In this document: positions 52,555 to 64,000 of the stretch, piece by piece | Layout of the letters: every line of letters begins with the position of its first letter | How positions within the stretch are numbered: position 1 is the stretch's first letter | NCBI GenBank assembly: GCA_010093705.1 | Contig: MU006104.1 | Coordinates: forward strand, 556,992 to 620,991 | Direction of reading: 5' to 3' | DNA from: Patellaria atrata CBS 101060 | Taxonomy: Eukaryota | DNA length: 64,000 bases | The notes under the pieces: generated by a model | The model's database searches: none | What the model saw: the letters and a program-made list of their open reading frames with translations, nothing else | What the model was told of the DNA's origin: nothing | Translations under genes and position numbers: made by a program

Positions 52555-53954
52555 GCGGGCGGTGGGAGTGGATGGCCAGTTTGAGATGGTGAGGTTGAAT
52601 TGGATGGGGTTAATGATGGGTGGATGCGGTAATATCGATTACGGGTGAAAGATATATGTACATAGTTTTGAAATGGACGCACGTATCGATTGCAAAACCA
52701 GTGAGCTATAAATGAAGTGTGAACACGAGAAGCACAGAAAGTATCATTGGAAAGAATTGTCTGCTATTCAATATCGCTCATGGAGTAACTGCTCCATTGC
52801 TAGTCCCTAAAATCTCCAACTTACCTTCTCTTTTCCCGGCTTCGGTGAACCAGAGCTGGAGACTTCGCCGTGCTGTAGCTCTTCCTCGCGCAGAGAAGAT
52901 CATTCTCATTCCCACCTCCCCAGAGGAAGTTCTTAGACCCTATATTTTGGCACGAGTATTCAGCTTTTTTCCTCCAACGGCGGGCCCTTTGCGAAATGCT
53001 TCCAATGCTCTGATTCCACGTTGAATTCCCTACCCATTCTTCCAGAATTTGGGTAGGTAGCTACAGAGTTGACCCGGCCTTTTGACCGCAAAAGTCAACT
53101 TCACGACCTTCCCTTCCCGTCTAGAGAGCCTTCTAATTGCTCCTGATGCTGAATCTGATACCGAATGTGATGCCGTATCTGAAGCCGTATCTGAGTCCGT
53201 AACTAATACTCCACGGATTCTCAAACTTTGAGTGGCATTGAATGCTTTAGCTTTTAGTTGGCCTCCACTAAGGGTATAGCTGTAGCCGTACGGATCGCTT
53301 AGTTGAGGCTGGATATAAAGCGGTACGGAACGCTTAGTCGAGGCCGTTGATGAGGGACGGCAGGCGAGCTATTCCGGCTGAAAGGGATTAGAACCTATAT
53401 CATCTCTTGAGACTAAGCGAAAGGAATCATCCAACTTAGAGCTTAGTCAGTCAGATATGTTGGTGATGATGGCTTGTTTTAGGGTGGATGTGGCTGACTA
53501 GGTTCGGAATAGTCATTCGAGCACGTTGAATCTAATCCCTAAACACCGATGGCCCTAGAAGAGAGCTCTTCTAAGCTACTACGAAATGACTTTTAGGCTC
53601 ACTGCAGAACTAACCTAGAGTTCAATTAGCATAGCTTCTCTTAACTGCTCAAATATAAAATACATATCATAGCCCCAGGGGAAAGGTCAGAGAGAAGATT
53701 AATATTTCGCCACATCACGCGCGAGCCTGACACTCTCTTAACAGCGACGCAAGGATCTCAGGAACGACAGTCCAGCCTGAGGGGTCCCGGCAGACAGCGT
53801 TCTTTTAGAATCACGTGCGACTCGCTCCGGGAGAGCGGGTTCCGGTGGGTATCCGTCTAAGGATGATGTATTCATCACGAGGGGGCTGTTAAAGAAAAAA
53901 AGGAATAGAGTTGGGACTTACTTATCAGGAAATAACGCAATCTAGGGGCGCAAG

Positions 53955-55000
53955 TTATTTGTCCTCCATCTGCTTCTCGATGCTCTCGTATGAGATGATG
54001 GCGCGATCTTTGGTTTCATCGACCATGATGGGAAGATAAGGATCTGTAAGCGGCCACGGATCTTTTAGAGTGGGACATCAGTGGATCCCTAGATTGAGGC
54101 CGTACATATCGCTCTTCTGTGTGGAACTTAAATCGATGGGAAGGTAGGGGTCGACGCGCTTAAGGATGGGCCAAGAACCTTCTTTCTTTCTCCTGGAAGC
54201 CAGGCTGATCGTTCCACTCGTCCACCATGCATGTGAATCTGTTCCCTCAAGCTGTCTTACAAACCTAGCAAAGAAATGATTCCATAGTGGTCGAGCCCAG
54301 ATCTCCCGCAACGTCCAATATAGGGAGACGCTAGCCCTCCTTTGCTCAAGGGATTCATCCAACGATGGAGTGCGATGACCAGCAGACTTCCATGCCCATC
54401 GTTTTCAATCCCTCCTAGAACAGCTCAGACGAACCCCTCCAGTGCTAGGTACTATTGGCTTTGCGGAATTTCCCTACATCCAGCTATGTTTCTCTTCCGA
54501 GATTCTACGCCGCGTCGGTGCAACGCCATTCCTGTCCTCGCACATCACCTGGAGAGAGAAGTGGAACCATTTTTAAGCCAGGGCATTTTCACGGTCTTGC
54601 AGATTTGATCTCTTAGGAACAACACTGACTTCATTCTACCAAAGCCAGGGTTGAAGCTGAGCCGTATGATTCGCTCAGTTAAAACCGTATCTAAGCCGGA
54701 CAGATCGCTCCGTTGAGGCCGTATCTGAGCCGTACGTATCACTAATCTGTGACACTAGCTCCTTCAGAACTCCTCTCTAGATTTTTGCTCACTGTTCAGT
54801 CCTTCTGGCCTTGGTGACCGCTTTCTGATCATAGACGTAGACTTTGGGAAAGGTGCCAGGTTTCTGTCTGTCTATCTTGAACGGACCAGTCTCCCTAGTG
54901 GAATCGCTAATGAGCTGGATAGTGGCATGGATTTTATCCCTACGCCTTATTCATCAGTCTACTGCACGTGATAGTAGAAGACCAGGTCATCAACAATGCA
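53955..55000 (-). pseudogene. Possible decayed gene remnant
   Basis: ORF 54362-54078 continues past one TGA as CPTLKDPWPLTDPYLPIMVDETKDRAIISYESIEKQMEDK*, repeating its own WP..DPYLPI motif. No family recognised. Confidence 0.25.
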
Positions 55001-55786
55001 TGAGAGAACATCGTCATGTCCTGCAATACCAAGAACCCCTTGACCATACCCGTAGTCGTTCAGCACAATCACCGCTGTAGAAGTGCAAGATTGCTGCATT
55101 GTCTCTGCTACTGGCGTGGAGAGGCCGGTAGGAGAGAGCTATGTACTAGAGATATTGTTCGTGGAGACACGTGCTCTGGAGAAGCTGTATCAGCACAGAT
55201 CTTGGCATACTGATGGATCTGAGCGGTTCAGTTTGAATTTAATGCGTTAGAGGCTGGCCGGCCGAGGAGCTGTTCGTCCGTAGAGACCTCTGCAGAATAC
55301 CTGACTTGGGTGTTCCCCATCCAAGCCCTCTCCTTGCTCTTGTTGCCTTCCGGTTGGACAATCCGATGATAGGCGAGGTGAAATATCAAGAGTATCACTC
55401 CTGATATCTTCTCAAAGTAGCCTCCGACTGGCTAAAACCTGCCTGGATGTTGAATGTCAAATTTCAAACACGACAATCGAGGCTCGATGGCTATACCGAG
55501 ATCTCGAAAAGTTTCGAGTGATGATGGCTCAACTGAGGTCTTAACAGATGGCTCGACCGAGACTCAACTGAGGGCTCAAACAATGCTGTAACTAGCGGCA
55601 CAACTGACCGTTCTACTAAGGTATTAATCGCACTGCTGTGGTTCTGAAGACATCCTCGCCGAGGGCCACAAAAGAGTTTCTAGTGGTTTAGGGATATCTC
55701 TGAGTGGCGCTCAGGTCATCCGTCATCGCAATGAGGAAGACAAGCCACTTCACCGTAAGACATAGCCGTAAAGTGGCGCGATACGT

Positions 55787-55944
55787 GGTTGATGAACAAC
55801 GGCTGTTGCTACCTTGTGCTTCGTTCCACGGCATTTCTTCGCAGCAGCATCCAGAATTGACCATATCCGTAGTTATTCATCTCGATCTCTGGTTGTTGAA
55901 TTGCAGCAGTTGCTACCTTGTGCTTTGTCCCACAGCGTTTCTTC
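55787..55944. repeat. Imperfect direct repeat with a 104-bp period
   Basis: GTTGCTACCTTGTGCTTCGTTCCACGGCATTTCTTC (55805-40) versus GTTGCTACCTTGTGCTTTGTCCCACAGCGTTTCTTC (55909-44). Confidence 0.7.
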
Positions 55945-56356
55945 TCAATATGAAATAAAACATACATAGAGAAATCCAAGCAACATCTCATAGTGAAGTT
56001 GCCAGTGTCGAAGTGGTTGAAGTCGGCACCGAGAGTATTATCGAACTGTAGAAAGGTGTTCTCATCGCCCGGTTGGAACTGGTCATTGTACGGATATTTT
56101 GACCCACGGATGGCGAGAAAGACTGCTTGTAATCGGATGGGGAGCAAGACTATATGTAATCGGATGACTGTTCTTCGACTGCAGCTTGGGGATGTAGAGG
56201 CTCTTCCTCTGGGGGATTGTCATTATCAAAGATAACATTGGAGACTCCACTGGCTTCGATCGAGGCATCAACGTTATTCTCCGTAGCACACATTACTAAC
56301 ATCATCATAGAATATCCTCGGTTATGCTTCGCAAGGTGGGTGCTGCCTTCGCAACC

Positions 56357-56970
56357 TCAGTAGTCTAGCTCAACGACAACATTCTTTTGATCATCCGCTT
56401 CTCTGGCTTCCCGTCGATGAGTTGTGTCTTCAGTTTCGACAGGTTCTAGACTTCGTTTCCGCTTCTTGTTCTTTTTCTTTTTCTTCTTAGTCTGTTGGGA
56501 AGACTGCTGCACGCGACCTATAGTCGGCACCTCATTTGGTCGTTTGACTATGCTTGCAGATGCTCTCAATGTGTTGTGCAGTGTAGATGGCCCGTCGTCA
56601 TCATCTGACTTGATCGACTCAGATACTTCTTGCTCTCGTTCGAGACGGCGTTCGTGGAGAAGCTGTTGGATCTCCGAGTGACGAAAGATCTTAATTTGCT
56701 CGTCAGTGAGGGTACGCTTGACGCCGTCAGGATAGTACCCTAAATCATCGTCTTCCTCTGCGTCGCTAGACTGCTCTGCCGTCCAGACAAAAGACGATGG
56801 AGCTGGTGCTTCAGGAAAGTGCTTTTGGTGGAAGGCTCTGAGGTCATCCTAGTTTTGATGATTAGCTTTAAGTAGAGCTGCAAGTTGGGACGAGAAGGTA
56901 CCTCAGTAACAGTTGGGATATTCAGCATTGATGCAGGGCTCTGATTAAGCGTATGGGTATGGATATCCAT
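56357..56970 (-). CDS. DUF3807-like protein (2 exons)
   Basis: IPTVTE then DDLRAFHQKHF...DDDLGYYPDGVKRTLTDEQIKIFRHSEIQQLL...VELDY*, with a poly-Lys NLS-like stretch. Confidence 0.8.
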
Positions 56971-57239
56971 AGCTGCAAAGTTATCGTCAATTGAGGTATT
57001 TAAGGCATGATGTTTTGTGAGGTTGAGAGGGAAAGTAAGAACAGATCTGATGCTCGTAAAATAGTTGAAGGCCTATAGCGCTTGGACCAAGCGTCACAAG
57101 CCAGCCCACTGACGTTTGGACGACTTCCATTCCATCCGCATGTGCCACCGCCTGATGCGGTAGGAGCTACAAGTGCGATAAGGTAAACCTACAAACGAAT
57201 TCTCACTTCCGCACTACAACACTTTTCAGTCACAACGAG

Positions 57240-57963
57240 ATGAGGCCTGCTCAAGTAATTTATTCATTGCTAAGTAGTTGTCTAGTTGTTTCCGTATCAG
57301 CTAGACCTGACTTTATTTCTCCGATCTGGAATCGCGCGGCGAGAGCCATCCAAAAACCGATAGACATGCAGGAGAATCAAGCCCCAATTATGGACGACAG
57401 ACCTATGGAAAGGCCTTGCGGGAAACCGGCCATGCCAGATGCTTCCTCCGATGCCACGATATCTGATGTCATTGGCAAGAACCAAAACATCGGAATCTTC
57501 AGCGGCTTCACGAGAGATATCGATTCAATATCTAGCCGGCTTGAAGATGCATCTCAAAATGCGACTGTCCTCGCGCCCGAGAACTCTGCGATCATGGCTC
57601 TACCTCGAAAACCTTGGGAGGATCCTAGAGACTATGAGACACTAGGCGCAAATGCATATCATGGACAAGATGGTGAAGATCGGGCACATAAAAACCTGCG
57701 AAGATTCGTAGAGGCTCATATCGTACCGGAGAGCCCATGGAACTCTGGTCACAAGTTACAGACTCTCGTTGGTAGTACAGTCTGGTTTCTGGAGAAAGAC
57801 GGAAAGAAATATGTAAGTATTTAACTACCTCCTTATCGTTTTCGGGATTTTGACAACCGCGTCCCAACAGATACAACCAGGAGAAATCGAAGTGATATCA
57901 GTCAAGAATAAAGTTTCCAATGGAGAAGTATGGGTAATAAAGAGCGCTTTGAACTACGCGTGA
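57240..57963 (+). CDS. Secreted FAS1-domain protein (2 exons)
   Basis: TVLAPENSAIMALPRKPWED and NLRRFVEAHIVP. Intron 57813-57870; last exon IQPGEIEV...NGEVWVIKSALNYA*. Confidence 0.85.
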
Positions 57964-58369
57964 AGGGATCATACAGTTTAGGATGGAATAACGACTACAT
58001 GATGGCGTTGGGTTTCAGGATCATTTTCGGATTGTTCATACTGAAGATAACAAGCTGATGGCCTACCTATTCGTAGATATATGTTTCGTACATACACGAC
58101 ACGGAAGATGACTAATGTACCCTCGTTATTTTACTGTTCAATATGATTTTCATCTTCCATCTGGTTCTGTCACTGATCGAATCGGAATGACGATGATCAT
58201 GCAGGGGTAGCGGAGATACTTCGGTGTCCCCGCGTTTTGAGGACAGCTTGTTCAAAGCTCAATAGCTCCACCGTCGTCTTATTATATTATTGACAGAAAT
58301 CTGGCAAGTTTCTGCAGTACTTCTCTCTTTTAAATTTATTTCGTATGATCTTTGCTTCTGTTGTTCACA

Positions 58370-60061
58370 ATGGTTCAACTCACTCCTCTAGCTGCCGCTG
58401 CAGCAGCTCTTCTTCTCTCCACATCGTCACAAGCTATGTACACCAAGAGCTCTCCCGTTCTTCAAGTAGACGCAAAGAGCTATGATCGCCTAATTGCAAA
58501 GTCCAATCACACTTCGGTAAGTACCCTGCATGCGATTCTCCGATTAGTATACTGAGATTTTCTCAGATTGTCGAGTAAGCAACTACTACACCCCCAGAGC
58601 GCACTTTAACCGTAACTCCACCTAACCCCCTCCAGGTTCTTTGCCCCTTGGTGTGGACATTGCAAGAATCTTAAACCTGCATATGAGAAAGCGGCGAAAA
58701 ATCTAAAAGGCCTCGCCAAGGTTGCCGCTGTGGATTGCGATGATGAGTCAAACAAGGCATTCTGTGGCGGTATGGGTGTACAGGGATTTCCTACTCTCAA
58801 GATTGTGAAACCGGGGAAGAAGCCAGGAAGACCGGTAGTGGAAGACTACCAGGGTGCTCGAAGCGCAAAGGCGATTGTCGACGCAGTAATTGAGAAGATT
58901 CCAAATCATGTGAAGAGAATACAAGATAAGGATCTCGATGATTGGTTATCGGAGAACAACAGTACGGGGAAGGTGGTTCTGTTCACAGAAAAAGGAACCA
59001 CAGGCCCGTTATTCAAAGCCCTTGCAATAGATTATCTGGGAAGCGTCAATTTCGGTCAGATCCGGAATAATCAGAAGAAGGCCATTGAAACTTTCGGTAT
59101 TACCTCCTTCCCTACACTTGTTCTCCTTCCGGGTGGAGAACAGTCAGGCATCGTCTACGATGGAGATATGAAGAAAGAATCTCTGAGCACATTCATCTCG
59201 CAAGTCGCAGAACCAAACCCAGATCCAGCCTCCCAAAAGGCCAAATCCAAGTCCACAAAATCCTCGTCGAAGAAGGACGAGGCAAAAGCAACCAAAGTTT
59301 CCTCCGCCTTCTCAAAAGCCTCCGCCTCGCATGAATCATCCGAAGCTTCCTCCGCCAAAGCATCCGCAACCTCCATAACCGTCGAGGAACCCGAACTCCC
59401 CACCGAATCCCCGGACCCCCAAATCCCCACCGACGACTCCCAAAAGCCCATCGTGATCCCCGAAGCCGAAGCCATCCCCACCCTCGCTCAACAAGACGAG
59501 GTCATACTCAACTGCCTGACGGAAAAATCTCAAATCTGCGTCCTCGCCTTACTCCCCATACCCACCGACCTCGCCGCCCCGCTCCCCGAACACGTATCCA
59601 CGGCCCTCGCCTCCCTCGCAGAGGTCGCCCACCACCATAAACAGCGCGGCGCGAAGATCTTCCCCTTCTTCGCCGTGCCCGCCGAGAACGAGGCCGGCGC
59701 CTTGCTGCGAGAAGCCCTGTCCCTCCGGCCCGGCGACGCTCTCGAGATCGTAGCTACGAACGCGAAAAGAGGATGGTGGCGTCTCTTTGAGGGCGAGAAT
59801 TACGGTGTCGTAAGGTTGGAGGATTGGATCGATAGCATCAAGATGGGAGACGCGACTAAGTTGCGCCTGCCGGATAGCATTGTCTTGTCTGCGGAGGAGG
59901 TTGCGCAGAAGGAGGCTGCGACACAGCAGGCGAAGGAGCGCGTGAAGGAGGGGAAGCCGTTGAAGATTGTAGAGGGCGAGGATGGTGAGTTGATGATTGA
60001 GATTGAATCGCCGGAGGATGAGGAAGGGCAGGTGCAGGAGCAGGAGCATGATGAGTTGTAG
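58370..60061 (+). CDS. MPD1: Protein disulfide isomerase, Mpd1/PrpA-like (3 exons including an 8-nt micro-exon)
   Basis: Signal peptide, IVEFFAPWCGHCK, GVQGFPTLK and C-terminal HDEL. Confidence 0.9.
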
Positions 60062-61103
60062 ATAGTGGGATCGGAAGTAGATTTTTAGTAGTGGGGATAT
60101 ATTGTATACTGTTAGCGAAATATCGACTATTGACTATACCATCGGGCATCGTGACTGGTCTTGCGTGATACTGTCCAACTACTCGATTCCCGTCGCTACA
60201 GAGTGGTCTCTATTCGCCCAGTGAGAGATATCAAAATTAGAGACCTACATCCTCACCATCCCGGTAGCCGTACGCGTCCTACACAACAGATTACCGAGAA
60301 ATCTGTCTCCGTAAAGTCCAGCTTTGCACCGTTTCGTACGTCTAGAAGAGGTACCGTGGCTGTTCAATACAGTACGAGTCAGATACAGTGCCAAGGAAGC
60401 AGCATTAGTGGGGGGGATGTGGTCTTCAATAAACATAGAATCAAAGTCAAAGGTTTGATTCCGTTGTTGATGTATGTTGGTTCCCCTATGGGACTGTTAA
60501 TACGTTCCAGTTGGTGTACGTTTGCTGTACTTCACTGGTATGTTGGGGGTTGTGCGGTGCTGGCAGGTTTTGATCGGATATACCCTGATCGAGCTTTCAC
60601 AGTTGAATTAAGGTGGTCAGATATATTGTACGGAGGGAAGGGGTGCCGTTGTATGAGAGCTATCTAGATCAGACATCTCTCATGTGTGGCAACACGTTAA
60701 AGAGCAAGTCTGTTAAATATACAATTTTGACCGATATATTCTCGTGCATTCGCTTCTGAGTACATGTACAGAATCAGTCGTCTATCTACGATACAAGTGA
60801 TGCTCACCCAAAATAAGAGGGTAAACCGATATGTTGACGTGGGTATCGAGCAAAAAAGACAGTAAGCAACCCCTGAGACGACGGGGGAAGGGAACAGAAT
60901 ATGAAAGGATAAAAACCCAAGGTACCGCACGCGGATAGCGAAATATCATACAGCCAATCCACTTCCACTGTTCCCAATCTCAGAACATGCAAATGAGATT
61001 CGTGTATACATTGCGCTGTTTGCGAGCTAGACATTACAGATTAAGCGAGTGGACCGTACTACCTATTGGCGGTAGTACTATCGTAAAAGTATAAGTATTA
61101 TCG

Positions 61104-63122
61104 TTATATGGACGTAACTCTTGCGTTGGGTGTTCGACCGGGGACTTTCGGCCGGAGGTTTATAACACTTTCAAGCTCCCGTAACATGTTTGTACTGGCC
61201 TCTCTCTGCTCGCGAATAGTGGCCTGTCGCACATTCTCCTGTTGGATCTTAGCCATGCGCTCTTCACGGGAAAGTGTGGCCCGCTTCCGTGGTATTGCGA
61301 TAGCTTCGAAAACCTCCTCTTCCGATGCCTCGGCGCCGGATATGCTAGAGGGATTAGAAGGGGGTTTGTTTTCACCGTTCAGCGCTCTCAGGGCATCAGA
61401 TGGGCTTCCTTCTTCCACAACTGTCAGACCACCCAGACTAGAAACCGGAGATCTTAGACCACTAGATGCCTGAGAGACACGCCGTTCATGGCGATCAATG
61501 TTTAGGGCAAGGGATGCTCGGCCAGATTCCCAGGCTTGGATAAGATTCTTCAGGTCTGAGCCTATGGAGTCGTACTGCGCCATTAAGCTGGAACCGAACT
61601 CTGTCACATCTTCGGATTCCTCGATACTTTTCGTGGACTCCTCTCGAAGGATCTGCATCTTTGCTTGCAAGCCTCTGATACCCTGGGACAGTGAACTTAG
61701 TTTGCGGACCTGGTTACGTAGACGCTCCCTTCCAGGGGTCAAGGGAGCCTTGTGATAAGGGGATGGGAGTGAAAATTGCTCTTCCTCGCGCAATATGTGG
61801 TTAATCTGTTTGGCGCAATTTCCTGCAACCTCAGTCACACCGCTCATGATATCCACAGCAGTCCGCCATCTAGCGAAGTCAGGTTTACCGCCGTCAGCGT
61901 CAAGGGCAAGTAGTGAACATAGGAACAGCCTTCTTAGGGTGCTTAGCCGGTAATGATACACCCGTAGTGCTTTCAAGGACTCTTGGTCCTCAAATTCCGA
62001 GTCAGTGAACCCCAAAGAAGCCTCTTGCAGGTCTTGATGGTTTATGTCATAAACATCCATGTATTTCTCAAGTGAATTTTCCATGACTAAGGATCTTAAC
62101 GCCACTGATGACTCGTCCAGAATCGGTATGGCCGATGCATATGTGTTCTTGAGGCTTTTACGCAGCCTAACGCAACGTCTTGACTGGCTCTTCTCCTCGA
62201 TCCTGCTGACTGGTGGTAAGGGGCTGCTAATTCTATAACCTCGAGATACTAGCTCAACCTCTTGAACCAATGTTATCCCCGATGTAGTTGAAGCATCTAG
62301 AGCTTTGAGGTTTGTGATCATCAGCGAGATATTATGGATAGCCTGTTGGCGTAAATATTGTAGCCACTGTCGTCTCGCGTATGCATATAACAGAGTCGCT
62401 GATATGGATAACCATGCGAGAACTATTGCTAAGCGATTCTTGCAAAACCCATGCTGTCTGTTTCCCCTGGCCCAATGTATCAGCCAGACGAGAACAAAAG
62501 CGCACATGCCGGTTGCAACGGCCCCTCCCAGGCCAATAGTCGCATTGTGGTATTGTGATGGGCTCTCAGTATTCTCGTTATCGGTGTTCGAGCCAGTAAG
62601 GGGCTTTACGGAGTTAAGACCGATCTGTTCGTTCAAGAGTTGGGAGGCGACGATCAAGTAACGAAATTGTTCCAGAAAGCGAAAGTTGTCTGCCCTACCT
62701 ATCCTTGAGTTAACTGCGCGCTGTTGATACATTTGTCAGTGCTTGCTCCATCTAGGTGCCAGAGAGAGCCCTACAAAACAAGCGTGGTGGATTTTCGCCA
62801 CTGGGCCTTGTTGAGGCACAGTTATTCGTAGCGGCTGAGGAAGCTTCCGTCGTATTCTAGCTTGCAGCGTAGAAGGCCCTCGAGGAGCGAACGATGTTTG
62901 TAGTTCGGGAAGGGTGTGTTCTGAATCATCATTCGAGGCAACCCAATCCGAGTGACGTTCACCTTCGCCTATATAACACGTCAGTTTTGTTCCAAGCAAT
63001 GTTTGATTCGACATAGTTCTTCCGTAGCCGCAAATTACAATGTAACCGACTTATTTGATGTGGAATACCATACCTTCTAGATAGGCTGCCAAGGGTGAGT
63101 CGTCGTAGACAACACTCTCCAT
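61104..63122 (-). CDS. vezA: Vezatin-like protein (3 exons)
   Basis: MESVVYDDSPLAAYLEG start, FLEQFRYLIVASQLL, two TM segments, VQEVELVSRGYRIS and MLRELESVI. Confidence 0.8.
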
Positions 63123-64000
63123 CATGCTCCGTCACGACCTCATGATCGTCGTTAATTACCGTTTGTCCAAACCTCCGAATCGGCCGAATCAAAGCCGCTT
63201 ATTCCGAGAAATGATCCAGACCGCGCGGTGTAGAGTTACTTTTCACTTCGGAGAGAGTGAAATGGTGGATAATATATGTATAGAGCAGCAGGTTTCAAAC
63301 AGGCGCAGGAAACTTGGGATTGGAAGTTAAGGAGATGTTTTGTTTGCACGTTTCCACGGTTGTTTGTTGAAAGCATGGTCTAGAAAGGTAGCGTACTCCG
63401 TAAATTATGTTTATTACTGTACTACCTAGGTATGGGTAATCGAGCGGTAATACAGCCGAAAATACACCTCCCGGCCGACCTGCAATTTGCCCGTTCGCAC
63501 CGTTATTCTGGGAATCTGGGAACTTTGAGCACGGGATGATCGACCGCCTGCGCTTGACGGAGCCATTCAAATCCCGGCTAGGCACCCACGGCTCCCATAT
63601 CTCCACCTTAGCCGCCCCTGACAGTTATCCGTACGTCCTTAAGGCTGGTGGCTTTGATTCCACGACACCCTTCTCCTCCATGGCCACGATTCTTCACATG
63701 CAGGTACAAATCCGCTGCGTCGGTGTATCAGGACCTTTCTACGGACGTATCTCCACATGCTCTAGAGAATTGCTTTCTCTATTGTCGACCAACCCATTTT
63801 GTCGGTACGAATAAGGCCTCCGGATCCTTTCAAATGTCCTACCATTCAAAAGCTCAGAAGCAGCTTCAACATAACGAGGCATCCTAATGATCGATGATCA
63901 CAAGATCTTTCGGGGCTGTGAAAACAACACCGCGTATTGCGATGGAGAATCGAAGTGACATCCATCCTGAAAATCCCGAGCTGAAATAGTCAATCTGGCA

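Overview
Gene-dense region of a filamentous ascomycete genome (short GT-AG introns; Eurotiomycete-like). The left edge (1-1317) is the right end of a hAT DNA transposon. It holds the transposase C-terminal dimerisation domain and a CAGTGTGGCC-type terminal repeat. It also carries a convergent, frameshifted Cys-rich DUF3716-like cargo gene and eight CGTACG palindromes. About 22 host genes follow: questin-oxidase/HypA-like protein, AspRS-DUF2156 fusion (ErdS), CaMK, PEX13, TOS1-like, RPS13, SDC1/Dpy-30, a markedly divergent SF3B1/HSH155, complex I 17.8-kDa subunit, a head-to-head pair of paralogous secreted beta-rich proteins, KRE33/NAT10, GT90 glycosyltransferase, RRN3, KIC1-like kinase, flavin amine oxidase, DUF3807, FAS1-domain protein, MPD1-like PDI and vezatin. 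The strongest leads are the hAT + DUF3716 + CGTACG module, the secreted paralog pair, the divergent SF3B1 and a hairpin-ACA element in an RPS13 intron. All family assignments come from motif recognition by eye, not database searches.
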